Source: an uncultured Verrucomicrobiae bacterium
GTDB taxonomy: Bacteria > Verrucomicrobiota > Verrucomicrobiia > Chthoniobacterales > UBA10450
Direction: 5' to 3'
Length of the DNA stretch: 64,000 nucleotides
NCBI GenBank assembly: GCA_963702135.1
Contig: OY969715.1
Location: 1,539,187-1,603,186 of the forward strand
The position numbers and the translations under genes were made by a program. Shown one piece after another: positions 26,921 through 36,192 of this stretch (position 1 is the stretch's first letter; each line of letters opens with the position of its first letter). The notes beneath the pieces were generated by a model, which worked only from the letters and a program-made list of their open reading frames with translations, made no database searches and was not told where the DNA came from.

Positions 26921-29900
26921 ATGAAAGCCCTGATCCCTCCCGATGAAGCAGACCGGTTGAAGGCGTTGGCTGGGTACAAAATCCTTGATACGGAGGCCGA
27001 GCGGAGCTTCGACGATATTACCCTCCTTGCTTCGCACGTTTGCCGGACCCCGATCGCCTTGATCAGCCTGGTGGACCAGAACCGGCAGTGGTTCAAATCC
27101 AATATCGGCATGGTTGAGAGCGAAACGGGTCGCGACATCGCATTCTGCGCGCACGGGATCCTCGAACCAGATTGGTTCGAAGTGCAAGATGTGCTGGCCG
27201 ACGAACGGTTCGCCACGAATCCTTTGGTCACGGGCAATCCCAGGATTCGCTTTTACGCCGGCTCGCCGCTCGTGACACCCGAGGGCCATGCGCTGGGGAT
27301 GTTGTGCGTGATCGATCAGGTTCCGCGTCAGCTAAGTCCGTCCGAAAAGGCAGCGTTGAAGGCCTTGGGCCGTCAGGTGGTCGCGCAATTGGAGCTGCGA
27401 CGCCATATCGCCGAGCGTAAACAATCGGAAGCCGCGCTCCGCCAAAGCGAGGAGCGCTTCCGGAGCTATTTCGAGCTCGGATTGATGGGCGTGGCGATCA
27501 CTTCACCGGCCAAGGGCTACGTTGAGGTCAACGACGAGCTCTGCCGCATCCTGGGATACGAACGAGATGAGTTGCTGCGAAAGACCTGGGCGGAACTGAC
27601 TCATCCCGACGATCTGGCCGCCGATGTCGCTTGTTTCAACCGGGTCCTTGCCGGGGAGATGGATAGTTATTCGAGGAACAAGCGGTTTATTCGCAAGGAC
27701 GGCAAGTTCATTGACACCACCATTTCCGTAAAGTGCCTCCGCCGTGGGGACAGGTCGGTCGATTATTTCGTGGCGCTCTTGCAAGACATCACCGAGCGCA
27801 AGCACGCCGAAGAACGATTGCGCCAGGGCGAGGAACGCATGCGCGCCATCCTGGAGTCGGCTTTGGACTGTATCGTGACCATCGATCATCGGGGGAGAGT
27901 TGTAGAATTCAATCCAGCCGCGGAAAAGACATTCGGCTACAAACGCGCCGCAACGATCGGCCATTTTATGGACGATCTGATCATCCCGCCATCGCACCGT
28001 GAACGGCATCGGCGCGGGTTAGCGCATTACCTCTCGACGGGCGAAGCCGCTGTGCTCGGGCAGCGCATGGAACTGACCGGGATGCGGAGCGATCATTCGG
28101 AGTTTCCCGTGGAACTCACCATCACCCGGATCGGTTCGCATGAACCTCCGATGTTTACAGGTTTCATCCGAGATATCACCGAGCGGAAGCAGGCGGAGGA
28201 GGCCCTGGCCGAACAAGGCCTTCGGTACAAGACGCTGATGGAAACATCCGCGGATTCCATATACGTCCTGAACGAACGAGGCGATTTACAGGAGGCAAAT
28301 GCCGCGTTTTTGCGCCGGCGCGGGTACACCGCAGCGGAGGCGAAGGGCCTAAACGTTGCAGATTGGGACGCGCAGTGGACAGGCGAACAACTGCAAGAAC
28401 GACTCCAAGAAAAACTACGCAAGGTCGACGGCGACACCATGTTTGAAACGCGGCATCGGTGCAAAAATGGCTCGGTGTTCGATGTCGAAGTATCCGCGAC
28501 GCGCGTTCGGATCGGTGGACAACAATTGTTCTTTTGCGTGACACGCGACATCACCGAGCGCAAGCTGGCAGAGGAAGCTCTCCACGCCGCCCACGAGCGG
28601 CTTGGTGCGATCATCCAGAAGGCTCCACTCGCCATTGTCGCGATTGACTCAGCGGCGATGGTTCAGATGTGGAATCCGGCGGCTGAGCGGTTGTTTGGCT
28701 GGACAGAAGCCGAACTAGTTGGCCGGCCTATCCTTCCGATCATTCCCCGGGAAGACCGGCGACAATTCAAGAAACTCATCGCTGGCGAGGTCCTGGAGGA
28801 GCTCCGCGACGGACTGGAATTGCGCCGCCGGCGCAAGGACGGTTCGCTGGTGGACGTCAGCTTTTGGACAGCGCCCCTGCGCAGCACCCGAAACGAGATT
28901 GTTGGCACCATTGGGATGTTCGCGGACATCACCGAGCGCAAATTGGCTGAAGATGCATTGCGCACAAGTGAGGGGCGTTTTCGGCAGATCGCCGAAAACA
29001 TTAACGAAGTATTTTGGGTTTGGACGGCGACGCCCGGGGAGCCGCGTTTGCTTTATGTCAGTCCGGCTTATGCGACCATTTGGGGGCGTAGTTGCGAGAG
29101 CCTTCATTCTTCGCCCCAGTCATGGAAGGAAGCGCTCCATCCCCAAGACAAAGAAGCGGTCCTGGCGAAAATCGCGGACTTGGATCTTGAGAAAAGCAGC
29201 GACCTGACCTATCGAATCGTCCGCCCTGATCAATCGATCCGGTGGATCCGCGACCGGATTTTTCCGGTGCGCGACGAAGACGGCGTGGTTTTTCGATTTG
29301 CCGGCATTGCTGAAGACATCACGACGCGCAAGCAAGCAGAGCAGGCTCTGCGTGAAAGCGAAGAACGGTTTCGCGAGCTTGCCGAAAACATTAACGAAGT
29401 ATTTTGGATCTGGACCGCTCCGCCGGGAAAGGCAGAGTGCCTTTACGTCAGCCCAGCCTACGCGACGATTTGGGGACGCAGTTGCGAGAGCCTCTATTCG
29501 TCGCCTCAATCATGGATGGAAGCGTTGCATCCGCAGGACCAGGGAAGGGTTCAGGAAGAGGGTGAGCGCATGGACTTCGAAAAAATCAGCGATTGGACCT
29601 ATCGCATTGTCCGCCCCGATCAATCGGTCCGGTGGATCCGGGACCGGATTTTTCCGGTGCGCGATGGGCGCGGCGCGGTCGTTCGATTTGCCGGCATCGC
29701 GGAAGACGTGACCCAGAGCAAGGAAGCGGAGGAACAAGTCCGCAGGGCAAATCGGCAAATGCGAAATCTTTCGCGGCGGCGAATTCAAGAGCAGGAAGAT
29801 GAGCGGCGACGACTCTCGAGAGAACTGCACGACCAGATCGGGCAGTCCCTCACCGCCGCAAAGATTAATGTGGAGGTGCTTCGAACAACGGAGAACCCCG

Positions 29901-30445
29901 CGCTCATTACGCGAATCGACGAAACAATCGCGATTCTCGATCAGTTGCTCGGCCAGGTAAGGCAGATTTCACTGGATCTCCGCCCGCCCATGCTGGACGA
30001 CCTGGGCTTGGTTCCAGCACTCCGTTCATTCGTCGACGAACAGGGACGCCGCGCTTCGATCGCGGTGCGTTTCTCCGCCGAGCGCATCCCGGAGAAACTC
30101 GACCCGGAGATCCAGATAACTTGTTTCCGCATCGCGCAGGAAGCGATCACCAACGCGGTGCGCCACGCCAAAGCCACCCAAATCGAGGTCGTTCTTCGGT
30201 GCTCGCGCGGGAAAATATTGCGGCTCTTGAATCGAGACAATGGCATCGGCTTCGATCCCCAACCGAAGAAAGCACAAGCGGTCGATCTTGGTCTGATCGG
30301 AATAAGAGAACGCGCCGCTTTGGTCGGCGGGCGGGTAAGGATTACTTCGTCGCCCGGCAAAGGGACGACGATTGACGTGGCTCTCCCGTTAACGTTTCGG
30401 CCCGAACACCGTGGCCGTCAGATTGAAGCAGTCGCACCGGCATAG
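26921..30445 (+). CDS. cytoplasmic GAF / multi-PAS sensor histidine kinase (HisKA_3 type), paralog of 21250..24972
   Basis: Likely start MKALIPPDEADRLKALAGYKILD (the ORF is open from 26738). GAF region FCAHGIL...RFYAGSPLVTPEGHALGMLCVID. PAS array and kinase core collinear with the 21250 gene. Confidence 0.9.
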   Translation: MKALIPPDEADRLKALAGYKILDTEAERSFDDITLLASHVCRTPIALISLVDQNRQWFKSNIGMVESETGRDIAFCAHGILEPDWFEVQDVLADERFATNPLVTGNPRIRFYAGSPLVTPEGHALGMLCVIDQVPRQLSPSEKAALKALGRQVVAQLELRRHIAERKQSEAALRQSEERFRSYFELGLMGVAITSPAKGYVEVNDELCRILGYERDELLRKTWAELTHPDDLAADVACFNRVLAGEMDSYSRNKRFIRKDGKFIDTTISVKCLRRGDRSVDYFVALLQDITERKHAEERLRQGEERMRAILESALDCIVTIDHRGRVVEFNPAAEKTFGYKRAATIGHFMDDLIIPPSHRERHRRGLAHYLSTGEAAVLGQRMELTGMRSDHSEFPVELTITRIGSHEPPMFTGFIRDITERKQAEEALAEQGLRYKTLMETSADSIYVLNERGDLQEANAAFLRRRGYTAAEAKGLNVADWDAQWTGEQLQERLQEKLRKVDGDTMFETRHRCKNGSVFDVEVSATRVRIGGQQLFFCVTRDITERKLAEEALHAAHERLGAIIQKAPLAIVAIDSAAMVQMWNPAAERLFGWTEAELVGRPILPIIPREDRRQFKKLIAGEVLEELRDGLELRRRRKDGSLVDVSFWTAPLRSTRNEIVGTIGMFADITERKLAEDALRTSEGRFRQIAENINEVFWVWTATPGEPRLLYVSPAYATIWGRSCESLHSSPQSWKEALHPQDKEAVLAKIADLDLEKSSDLTYRIVRPDQSIRWIRDRIFPVRDEDGVVFRFAGIAEDITTRKQAEQALRESEERFRELAENINEVFWIWTAPPGKAECLYVSPAYATIWGRSCESLYSSPQSWMEALHPQDQGRVQEEGERMDFEKISDWTYRIVRPDQSVRWIRDRIFPVRDGRGAVVRFAGIAEDVTQSKEAEEQVRRANRQMRNLSRRRIQEQEDERRRLSRELHDQIGQSLTAAKINVEVLRTTENPALITRIDETIAILDQLLGQVRQISLDLRPPMLDDLGLVPALRSFVDEQGRRASIAVRFSAERIPEKLDPEIQITCFRIAQEAITNAVRHAKATQIEVVLRCSRGKILRLLNRDNGIGFDPQPKKAQAVDLGLIGIRERAALVGGRVRITSSPGKGTTIDVALPLTFRPEHRGRQIEAVAPA
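28927..29325 (+). repeat. PAS-module repeat copy 3
   Basis: SEGRFRQIAENINEVFWVWTATPGEPRLLYVSPAYATIWGRSCESL..., same module as in the 21250 gene. Confidence 0.75.
29316..29715 (+). repeat. PAS-module repeat copy 4
   Basis: RESEERFRELAENINEVFWIWTAPPGKAECLYVSPAYATIWGRSCESLYSSPQSW..., near-identical at the nucleotide level to 23860-24262. Confidence 0.8.
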
Positions 30446-30637
30446 TCGTTGCCGAATACCTTGCGACTTTGTCATCTCGGGACTCCACGCCTTAGCTCAA
30501 CTAATTGAGGCTTGCTAAAGTTTGCCGCACCTGCGCCGAATCGACGGCAATGGGCAATACGCCTCGAGCCACTGGCCTCAAAGATGCTCTGAAATTATCA
30601 GAGTGGAAGATGCGCCGCCCACGAACCATTTCGGTGC

Positions 30638-31339
30638 ATGAAGGAATCGAGTTCAAATAGAGACAACAAAGCTCAATCCGGCACTGTCACTTTGATCCGG
30701 GTATTGCTGGCGGACGATCATGCGCTGGTCCGTGCCGGCATTCGTTCCTTGCTCGAGAAAATGCCCGGGTTGGAAGTCGTAGGGGAGGCGAGCAACGGTC
30801 GTGAAACGCTGGCCCTCGTTAGGTCGGAGTTGCCAAACCTTGTCCTGATGGATATTGCGATGCCGGAGCTCAACGGCCTCGACACGCTGGCGAAAATCGT
30901 CAAGAACTTTCCTGGGGTAAAGGTGATCATCCTTTCTGCGCATGCGAACGAGGAGTACGTGATCCGTGCCTTACGCTCCGGCGCCTCCGGCTACATGCTG
31001 AAAGATGCCGCGACGGCGGAACTGCAGCTCGCGATCGGCTTTGTCACTCAGGACAAGACATATCTTAGTCCATCGCTTTCGCAGACTGTGATCGATAGCT
31101 ATCTCCACCGGGTGGGCGAGGAGTCGAGCCCGTTCGGGCAAGCCACCGCCCGCCAACGCGAAGTCCTGCAATTGATTGCCGAAGGAAAGAACACGAAAGA
31201 AATCGCGTCCACGCTCGGGATCAGCGTCAAGACCGTGGAAACGCATCGCCTCCAACTGATGGCGCGCCTGGATATTCATGATGTCCCGGGGCTGGTGCGA
31301 TACGCGATTCGCGCAGGCCTGGTGTCATCGGAAACTTAG
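30638..31339 (+). CDS. NarL/FixJ-family response regulator (REC + LuxR-type HTH)
   Basis: VLLADDHALVRAG...LVLMDIAMPELNG...ILSAH receiver. C-terminal REVLQLIAEGKNTKEIASTLGISVKTVETHR. Confidence 0.92.
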   Translation: MKESSSNRDNKAQSGTVTLIRVLLADDHALVRAGIRSLLEKMPGLEVVGEASNGRETLALVRSELPNLVLMDIAMPELNGLDTLAKIVKNFPGVKVIILSAHANEEYVIRALRSGASGYMLKDAATAELQLAIGFVTQDKTYLSPSLSQTVIDSYLHRVGEESSPFGQATARQREVLQLIAEGKNTKEIASTLGISVKTVETHRLQLMARLDIHDVPGLVRYAIRAGLVSSET

Positions 31340-31546
31340 CGCTGCTGGGCAGGAGTCGGGAAGCGCGTCCGTTTCCATAAGTATCTGTAAGGGTATTCCG
31401 GACGATACCTAAGGTATCTCCCAATAGCGGTTTCTACTTACCAGCCGAAAATTAGCAGGTGATTCACTTGTTACCTACTGAGCCTTGTTGACGATCGTCT
31501 ACGTCACTCATCGTCTGTGGTAATCGGAACTGAGCTATTGTACGTA

Positions 31547-32254
31547 ATGGTTATATCGGACTTAAAGGCTCTTCTGGGTATAGCAATAAAAACTGAAAGA
31601 TGTGCGCTGGGGATTTCGCAGGAAAAGCTGGCGGAGCGCGCGGGCTTGCACCGCACCTATGTCTCCGACGTGGAGCGCGGGGCCCGTAATCCCTCTATCG
31701 GAAGCGTCGAAAGGCTGGCGCGGGCTTTGGAGGTTTCCGTGGCAAAGCTCTTCGAACACGCGTCAGGCGGCAATGGGACAAAGCAGCTGGTGGAGATTCT
31801 ACTGGTGGAGGACGACCCGCGGGACGTTAAGTTAACGCTCCGCGCTTTCGAGAAAACGCAAATCAACAACCCCGTGCACGTGGCGAGCGATGGGGCTGAG
31901 GCGCTCGATTTCCTCTTCGCGACCGGCTCTTACGCTAATCGGGACGAGAATGACCACCCAAAACTTGTTCTTCTCGATTTGAATCTACCAAAAATCAGCG
32001 GCCCTGAGGTGCTGCGACGGATCAAGGCCGATCCACGCACCCAACATATTCCTGTCATCATCCTCGCCGCTTCGAATCGGGATCGAGATATCGAGCAGTG
32101 CCGGCGGCTCGGGGCGGAGACGTACATCGTCAAGCCGTTAGGTTTTCACAAGTTTAGTGAGGTCACACCTCGTTTGAGTCTTGCCTGGATCTTGGTGAAG
32201 CCGAATGGGACGCTTTCGGCGCAACCTAGAGAGCGTGTTACCGATCGATCCTGA
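31547..32254 (+). CDS. XRE-family HTH fused to a C-terminal receiver domain
   Basis: ISQEKLAERAGLHRTYVSDVERGARNPSIGSVERLARAL (HTH_3-like) followed by ILLVEDDPRD...LVLLDLNLPKISG...ILAAS...VKP. The ORF also has an upstream GTG at 31517. Confidence 0.8.
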   Translation: MVISDLKALLGIAIKTERCALGISQEKLAERAGLHRTYVSDVERGARNPSIGSVERLARALEVSVAKLFEHASGGNGTKQLVEILLVEDDPRDVKLTLRAFEKTQINNPVHVASDGAEALDFLFATGSYANRDENDHPKLVLLDLNLPKISGPEVLRRIKADPRTQHIPVIILAASNRDRDIEQCRRLGAETYIVKPLGFHKFSEVTPRLSLAWILVKPNGTLSAQPRERVTDRS

Positions 32255-32813
32255 CTCTTTCACGCGGTCATTACGGGAACCTGCAGACACAGTCGTAACT
32301 GTCCCGCCTGAGGGAAACGCGCTTCGTTGGAAGCGCCCTGTCGAACATGGCCCTGTCACCTTTCGAAGCAACTCAGGTGGCAAAACGGACGTGCCTTCCG
32401 CGACTGGGTCACCACCCAAAATCACCGGGACGATTCTCGTCATCGGCGATATCCCAGCCAATCTCGACTTCGCCCGCGCCGCGCTGCAATCGTCCGGCTA
32501 CAAGGTCATTCTCGCCGGAAGTGTAAACAGGGCCGTTGCGCTCAGCGAAGAAATCCAGCCGGACGCTGTCCTGTCCGATCTTCATATGCGGCCCTTGGAC
32601 GGGCTCGATTTGCTCGAGATCGCAAGGAGGACTCCGGCGTTGCGAGATGTCCCCATAGTCATCATTTCTTCGACTTGCACGCTCGAGCGCGAGCGCTGCA
32701 GTTGCCTGGAGCACGGCGCGGCTCGTTTTGTTCGAAGACCCATCCAACCGGAAGCGTTACTCGGTGAGATTGCCGAGGCATTGAATGCGAGCAGGAGAGG
32801 AGCAGGCCATTAA
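32205..32813 (+). CDS. atypical receiver-domain protein
   Basis: ILVIGDIPAN...VLSDLHMRPLDG...IISS...FVRRP. The first acidic pair is reduced to GD and the conserved Lys is replaced by Arg. The N-terminal 75 aa and the true start are uncertain. Confidence 0.6.
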   Translation: MGRFRRNLESVLPIDPDSFTRSLREPADTVVTVPPEGNALRWKRPVEHGPVTFRSNSGGKTDVPSATGSPPKITGTILVIGDIPANLDFARAALQSSGYKVILAGSVNRAVALSEEIQPDAVLSDLHMRPLDGLDLLEIARRTPALRDVPIVIISSTCTLERERCSCLEHGAARFVRRPIQPEALLGEIAEALNASRRGAGH

Positions 32814-33804
32814 GATACTGATTGTGGATGGGGACGCGAGCCGTCACAGCGGCATCGCCGAGATCCTAACCAAGAGGGGCTGCGACCTTTTCGAGGTCGG
32901 CGGCGGTGAGGAGGCGCTTAGGATAGCGCGTGAAGTAAAACCGGCGATTGCCATTGTCGACCTGCTGACCCCGGAATTGGACCGGGGTGATTTTGTTCGT
33001 CAGGTTCGCAGCGATCCTGCGATCGCGCGAATGCCGGTAATTTTTTACACGGACGGCTATTTGGAAATTGCCAGCGGCGTGACGCGTGACGGAGAGAGTC
33101 TTCTCACCCCGATGTTGCTCTGCGAAGAAGCGATTCGCGGCAAGGCAATCGTCGAACTGATCGCGCCTGTTGTTTCTGCAAACGGGAACGGTAAGAACGG
33201 GCGGCACGCTGCTGAAAGCATTCAGGAAACATTCATCTTCGCTTGTGCAACCGGCGGGGAACGCGCTCGGATTAATCCTGGGGAGTTGATGACGGAAGTC
33301 ATCGACAACGCGCGCAAGGTATTTCCGAAGACGATCCAGATCACCAGTGCCTATTCGGAAGATCTGTGGCAGATCGAAGGCGATCGCGTGCAGTTGCACC
33401 GGGTCCTGACCAACCTTCTCCGCAATGCTCGCCAAGCCATGCCTCAAGGGGGCTTGGTCGTTGTTTCGGCGCGGAATTTCGACGTCGATCAGCGCTACGC
33501 TTCCATGACCCTCGGGGCAGAGTTGGGCCAATACGTCATGCTTCGAGTAAGTGATACCGGTCGGGGCACGCCCCGGTCGGTGATAGATAATATTTTCACT
33601 CCCTTCCTGGAGAGAAAAGTGATCGGGCCAGGAACGAGCCTGGGATTGATAAAAAGTCACGGCGGTTTCATGTCCGTTTACAGCCGATTTGGCAAAGGAA
33701 CGACGTTTCAAATCTTTCTTCCTGCCAAGGTTGTTGAGGAGCCGTCTCCAAAACGGAAGCGAACGGGGCAAGCTAAGCGCGCGGTCTCGCAATCTGCGTC
33801 ATGA
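32785..33804 (+). CDS. receiver / degenerate HATPase protein (pseudokinase-like, no H-box)
   Basis: ILIVDGDAS...AIVDLLTPELD receiver. The C-terminal half is collinear with the kinase core of 36189..38603 (FPKTIQITSAYSEDLWQIEGDRVQLHRVLTNLLRNARQAMP...VSDTGRG...) but G2 is degraded (FTPFLERKVIGPGTSLGL) and no HisKA phospho-His box is present. Confidence 0.75.
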   Translation: MRAGEEQAIKILIVDGDASRHSGIAEILTKRGCDLFEVGGGEEALRIAREVKPAIAIVDLLTPELDRGDFVRQVRSDPAIARMPVIFYTDGYLEIASGVTRDGESLLTPMLLCEEAIRGKAIVELIAPVVSANGNGKNGRHAAESIQETFIFACATGGERARINPGELMTEVIDNARKVFPKTIQITSAYSEDLWQIEGDRVQLHRVLTNLLRNARQAMPQGGLVVVSARNFDVDQRYASMTLGAELGQYVMLRVSDTGRGTPRSVIDNIFTPFLERKVIGPGTSLGLIKSHGGFMSVYSRFGKGTTFQIFLPAKVVEEPSPKRKRTGQAKRAVSQSAS

Positions 33805-33868
33805 AAGAGCCACACCAGCCCAGTCGATCCAGCCTCCCTCTTTCGCCTGCGCACTCAGGGAACATGTC

Positions 33869-35737
33869 ATGAAGCCACCACCAATCGCAGGACCCGTGAA
33901 TTCGAAAAACGCTCCCCTGCCCGGGGTGGAGCCACTACCCGCTCGCGGGCCCAGTCTCGATACCCGGATTGAGAAGGCGGAGGCGCGGACAGAGCGGGCG
34001 GAGGTTAGGACGGGAGAAGCGGAGGACCGAGCGCACCAGGCAGAGGCGCGAACGGCCGACGCTGAGACGCGGATCGAACAGGCAGAAACCAGGAGTGAAC
34101 AGGCCAAGACCCGCACCGAACAGGCCAAGGCTCGGACGGAGCAGGCGGAGATGCGAACAGAACAGGCTGAAACACGCAGTGAGCAGGCAGAGACAAGAAG
34201 CGAGCAGGCCATCCAGGATTCCGACGCCAGCTACCGCAGGTTATTCGAAGCGGCAAAGGACGGCATCCTTATTCTCGATATCAGCACCGGCCGCATCAAC
34301 GATGCGAACCCATTCCTGGTCGAGCTCCTGGGGTTTTCACGGGAGGAGATGTTAGGCAAGACGGTCGGCGAACTAAGTCCGTTCAAAGACATCGAGGATA
34401 ATCAAGCCATGCTGGAGCGCTTGCAGACGACGGGATTCGTCCGCTATGAAGACCTCCCTCTGCAAGCGCGGGATGGCCGCAAAATGGAGGTCGAGTTCGT
34501 CAGCAACGTCTACGACGACGGTGGGGGAAAAGTAATTCAATGCAACATCCGCGATATTACAGAACGCAAGAGAACAGAAATGATTTCTTTGGAACTCGCG
34601 GCCATTGTCGCGTCGTCGGATGACGCCATCATTGGAAGGGACTTGCAGGGCGTCGTCACCAGCTGGAATGCGGCGGCGGAAAGAGAATTCGGCTACACGG
34701 CCTCGGAGATGATAGGCCAGTCCATTACACGACTCGTCCCCGCAGAGCGGCACGATGAAGAGGTCAACATTCTTGAACAGATCGCACGCGGCTACAGCGT
34801 TCGGCATTTTGAGACTGTGCGTTCACGCAAGGACGGCAGCACTTTCAATGTCTCGGTCACGGTCTCGGCCATCAAGGATCAATCGGGCAAGGTCATCGGC
34901 GCGTCGAAAGTGGTGCGCGACATCACTATCCGCAAGAAGGCCGAGGAGACTATTCACCGGCTGAACGCCGAACTCGAAGAGCGCGTAATTCAACGGACGG
35001 CCGAGTTGGAAGCTGCCAACAAGGAGCTGGAATCCTTCTCTTATTCGGTGTCGCACGATCTCCGGGCACCCTTGCGCGCCGTGGACGGATTTTCACAGGC
35101 GGTGCTGGAAGACTACGGGCCACTGTTGCCCGAGGAGGGACAACGTCACTTGCACACCATCCGCGAGGGCGCGCAGCGGATGGGCAGATTGATCGACGAC
35201 CTGCTGATGTTTTCGCGATTGGGCCGGTTGCCGTTGAGCAAGCGTGCCGTGGAGACCGGCGACCTGGTGCACGCCGTCCTGGAAGATTTGAGTTCCCAAC
35301 GGGCAGGACGGCAAATCGAGGTGAGCGTCGCCGAGTTGCCTGTCTGCCAGGGCGATGCCGTTTTGCTCAAGCAGGTTTGGATCAACTTGCTCTCCAACGC
35401 ATTTAAATACACCCGCCAGCGTGAAAAAGCCGTTATTGAAGTGGGATGTGAGCGGCAACCGATCGCGGCCATAGACCACGGTGAGCCGGAGGAAAAAACG
35501 GATCAGGACGTCTATTTTGTTCGCGACAATGGAACGGGATTCGACATGCGCTACGCGGGCAAACTCTTTGGTGTGTTCCAACGCTTGCACCGCGAGGAGG
35601 AATACGAAGGTACTGGAGTTGGCCTAGCCATCGTCGAGAGAATTGTTCACCGGCACGGCGGACGGGTCTGGGCCGAGGCGGCGGAGGACCACGGCGCCAC
35701 CTTTTTCTTTACGCTCGGGGAGAGATCCAGCCCGTGA
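33869..35737 (+). CDS. PAS-PAS sensor histidine kinase with N-terminal charged heptad-repeat helix
   Basis: Likely start MKPPPIAG (the ORF is open from 33689 and overlaps the previous gene). H-box [57 protein letters not shown]. Confidence 0.88.
   Translation: MKPPPIAGPVNSKNAPLPGVEPLPARGPSLDTRIEKAEARTERAEVRTGEAEDRAHQAEARTADAETRIEQAETRSEQAKTRTEQAKARTEQAEMRTEQAETRSEQAETRSEQAIQDSDASYRRLFEAAKDGILILDISTGRINDANPFLVELLGFSREEMLGKTVGELSPFKDIEDNQAMLERLQTTGFVRYEDLPLQARDGRKMEVEFVSNVYDDGGGKVIQCNIRDITERKRTEMISLELAAIVASSDDAIIGRDLQGVVTSWNAAAEREFGYTASEMIGQSITRLVPAERHDEEVNILEQIARGYSVRHFETVRSRKDGSTFNVSVTVSAIKDQSGKVIGASKVVRDITIRKKAEETIHRLNAELEERVIQRTAELEAANKELESFSYSVSHDLRAPLRAVDGFSQAVLEDYGPLLPEEGQRHLHTIREGAQRMGRLIDDLLMFSRLGRLPLSKRAVETGDLVHAVLEDLSSQRAGRQIEVSVAELPVCQGDAVLLKQVWINLLSNAFKYTRQREKAVIEVGCERQPIAAIDHGEPEEKTDQDVYFVRDNGTGFDMRYAGKLFGVFQRLHREEEYEGTGVGLAIVERIVHRHGGRVWAEAAEDHGATFFFTLGERSSP
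33966..34209 (+). repeat. coding 21-nt (heptad) tandem repeat, about 11.5 units (A-E/K-x-R-T/S-E-Q)
   Basis: [82 protein letters not shown]. Codons differ between units. Confidence 0.85.
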
Positions 35738-36192
35738 GCCCAACCTCTTCGGTGGAAATCCTGCTCGTCGAAGACAACGCGCAGGATTTGGAGTTAACCC
35801 AGCGCGCGTTACGCAAGGCAAATCTGGCGAACTTTATTCACGTCGTTCGCGATGGAGCAGAGGCGCTCGAGTTCCTCTTTTGCGAAGGGGCGCATGCCGC
35901 GCGAAAGATTGAAGATCACCCGAAGGTGATCCTGCTCGATCTAAAACTACCCAAGCTCGACGGCCTTCAAGTGCTTAAGCGCATCAAGGGCGATCCACGC
36001 ACCCGGGCGATCCCCGTGGTCGTCCTTACCTCATCGAAGGAACAGAACGACGTCGTGGAAAGCTACCAGCTCGGAGTGAACAGCTACATCGTCAAGCCGG
36101 TAAACTTCGAGCGCTTTGCCGAAGCGGTGCAGCATCTCGGGATGTATTGGCTGTTGTTCAACGAAGCACCCAAGCTCCAAGGAGGAGAATGA
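35734..36192 (+). CDS. single-domain response regulator (CheY/Rcp1-like)
   Basis: GTGA overlap with the upstream kinase stop. [10 protein letters not shown]...[13 protein letters not shown]...VLTSS...VKP. Confidence 0.9.
   Translation: MSPTSSVEILLVEDNAQDLELTQRALRKANLANFIHVVRDGAEALEFLFCEGAHAARKIEDHPKVILLDLKLPKLDGLQVLKRIKGDPRTRAIPVVVLTSSKEQNDVVESYQLGVNSYIVKPVNFERFAEAVQHLGMYWLLFNEAPKLQGGE

Noticed and set aside
23110-29715. Near-identical PAS repeats considered as a diversity-generating retroelement target/template pair.
   Set aside because: No reverse transcriptase gene is present and there is no adenine-specific mismatch pattern. The differences are scattered, as expected for ordinary duplication and divergence.
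33799-34212. Minus-strand ORF with striking periodicity ([19 protein letters not shown]...).
   Set aside because: It is a mirror image of the plus-strand heptad repeat inside a kinase gene with a clear downstream PAS/HisKA continuation.
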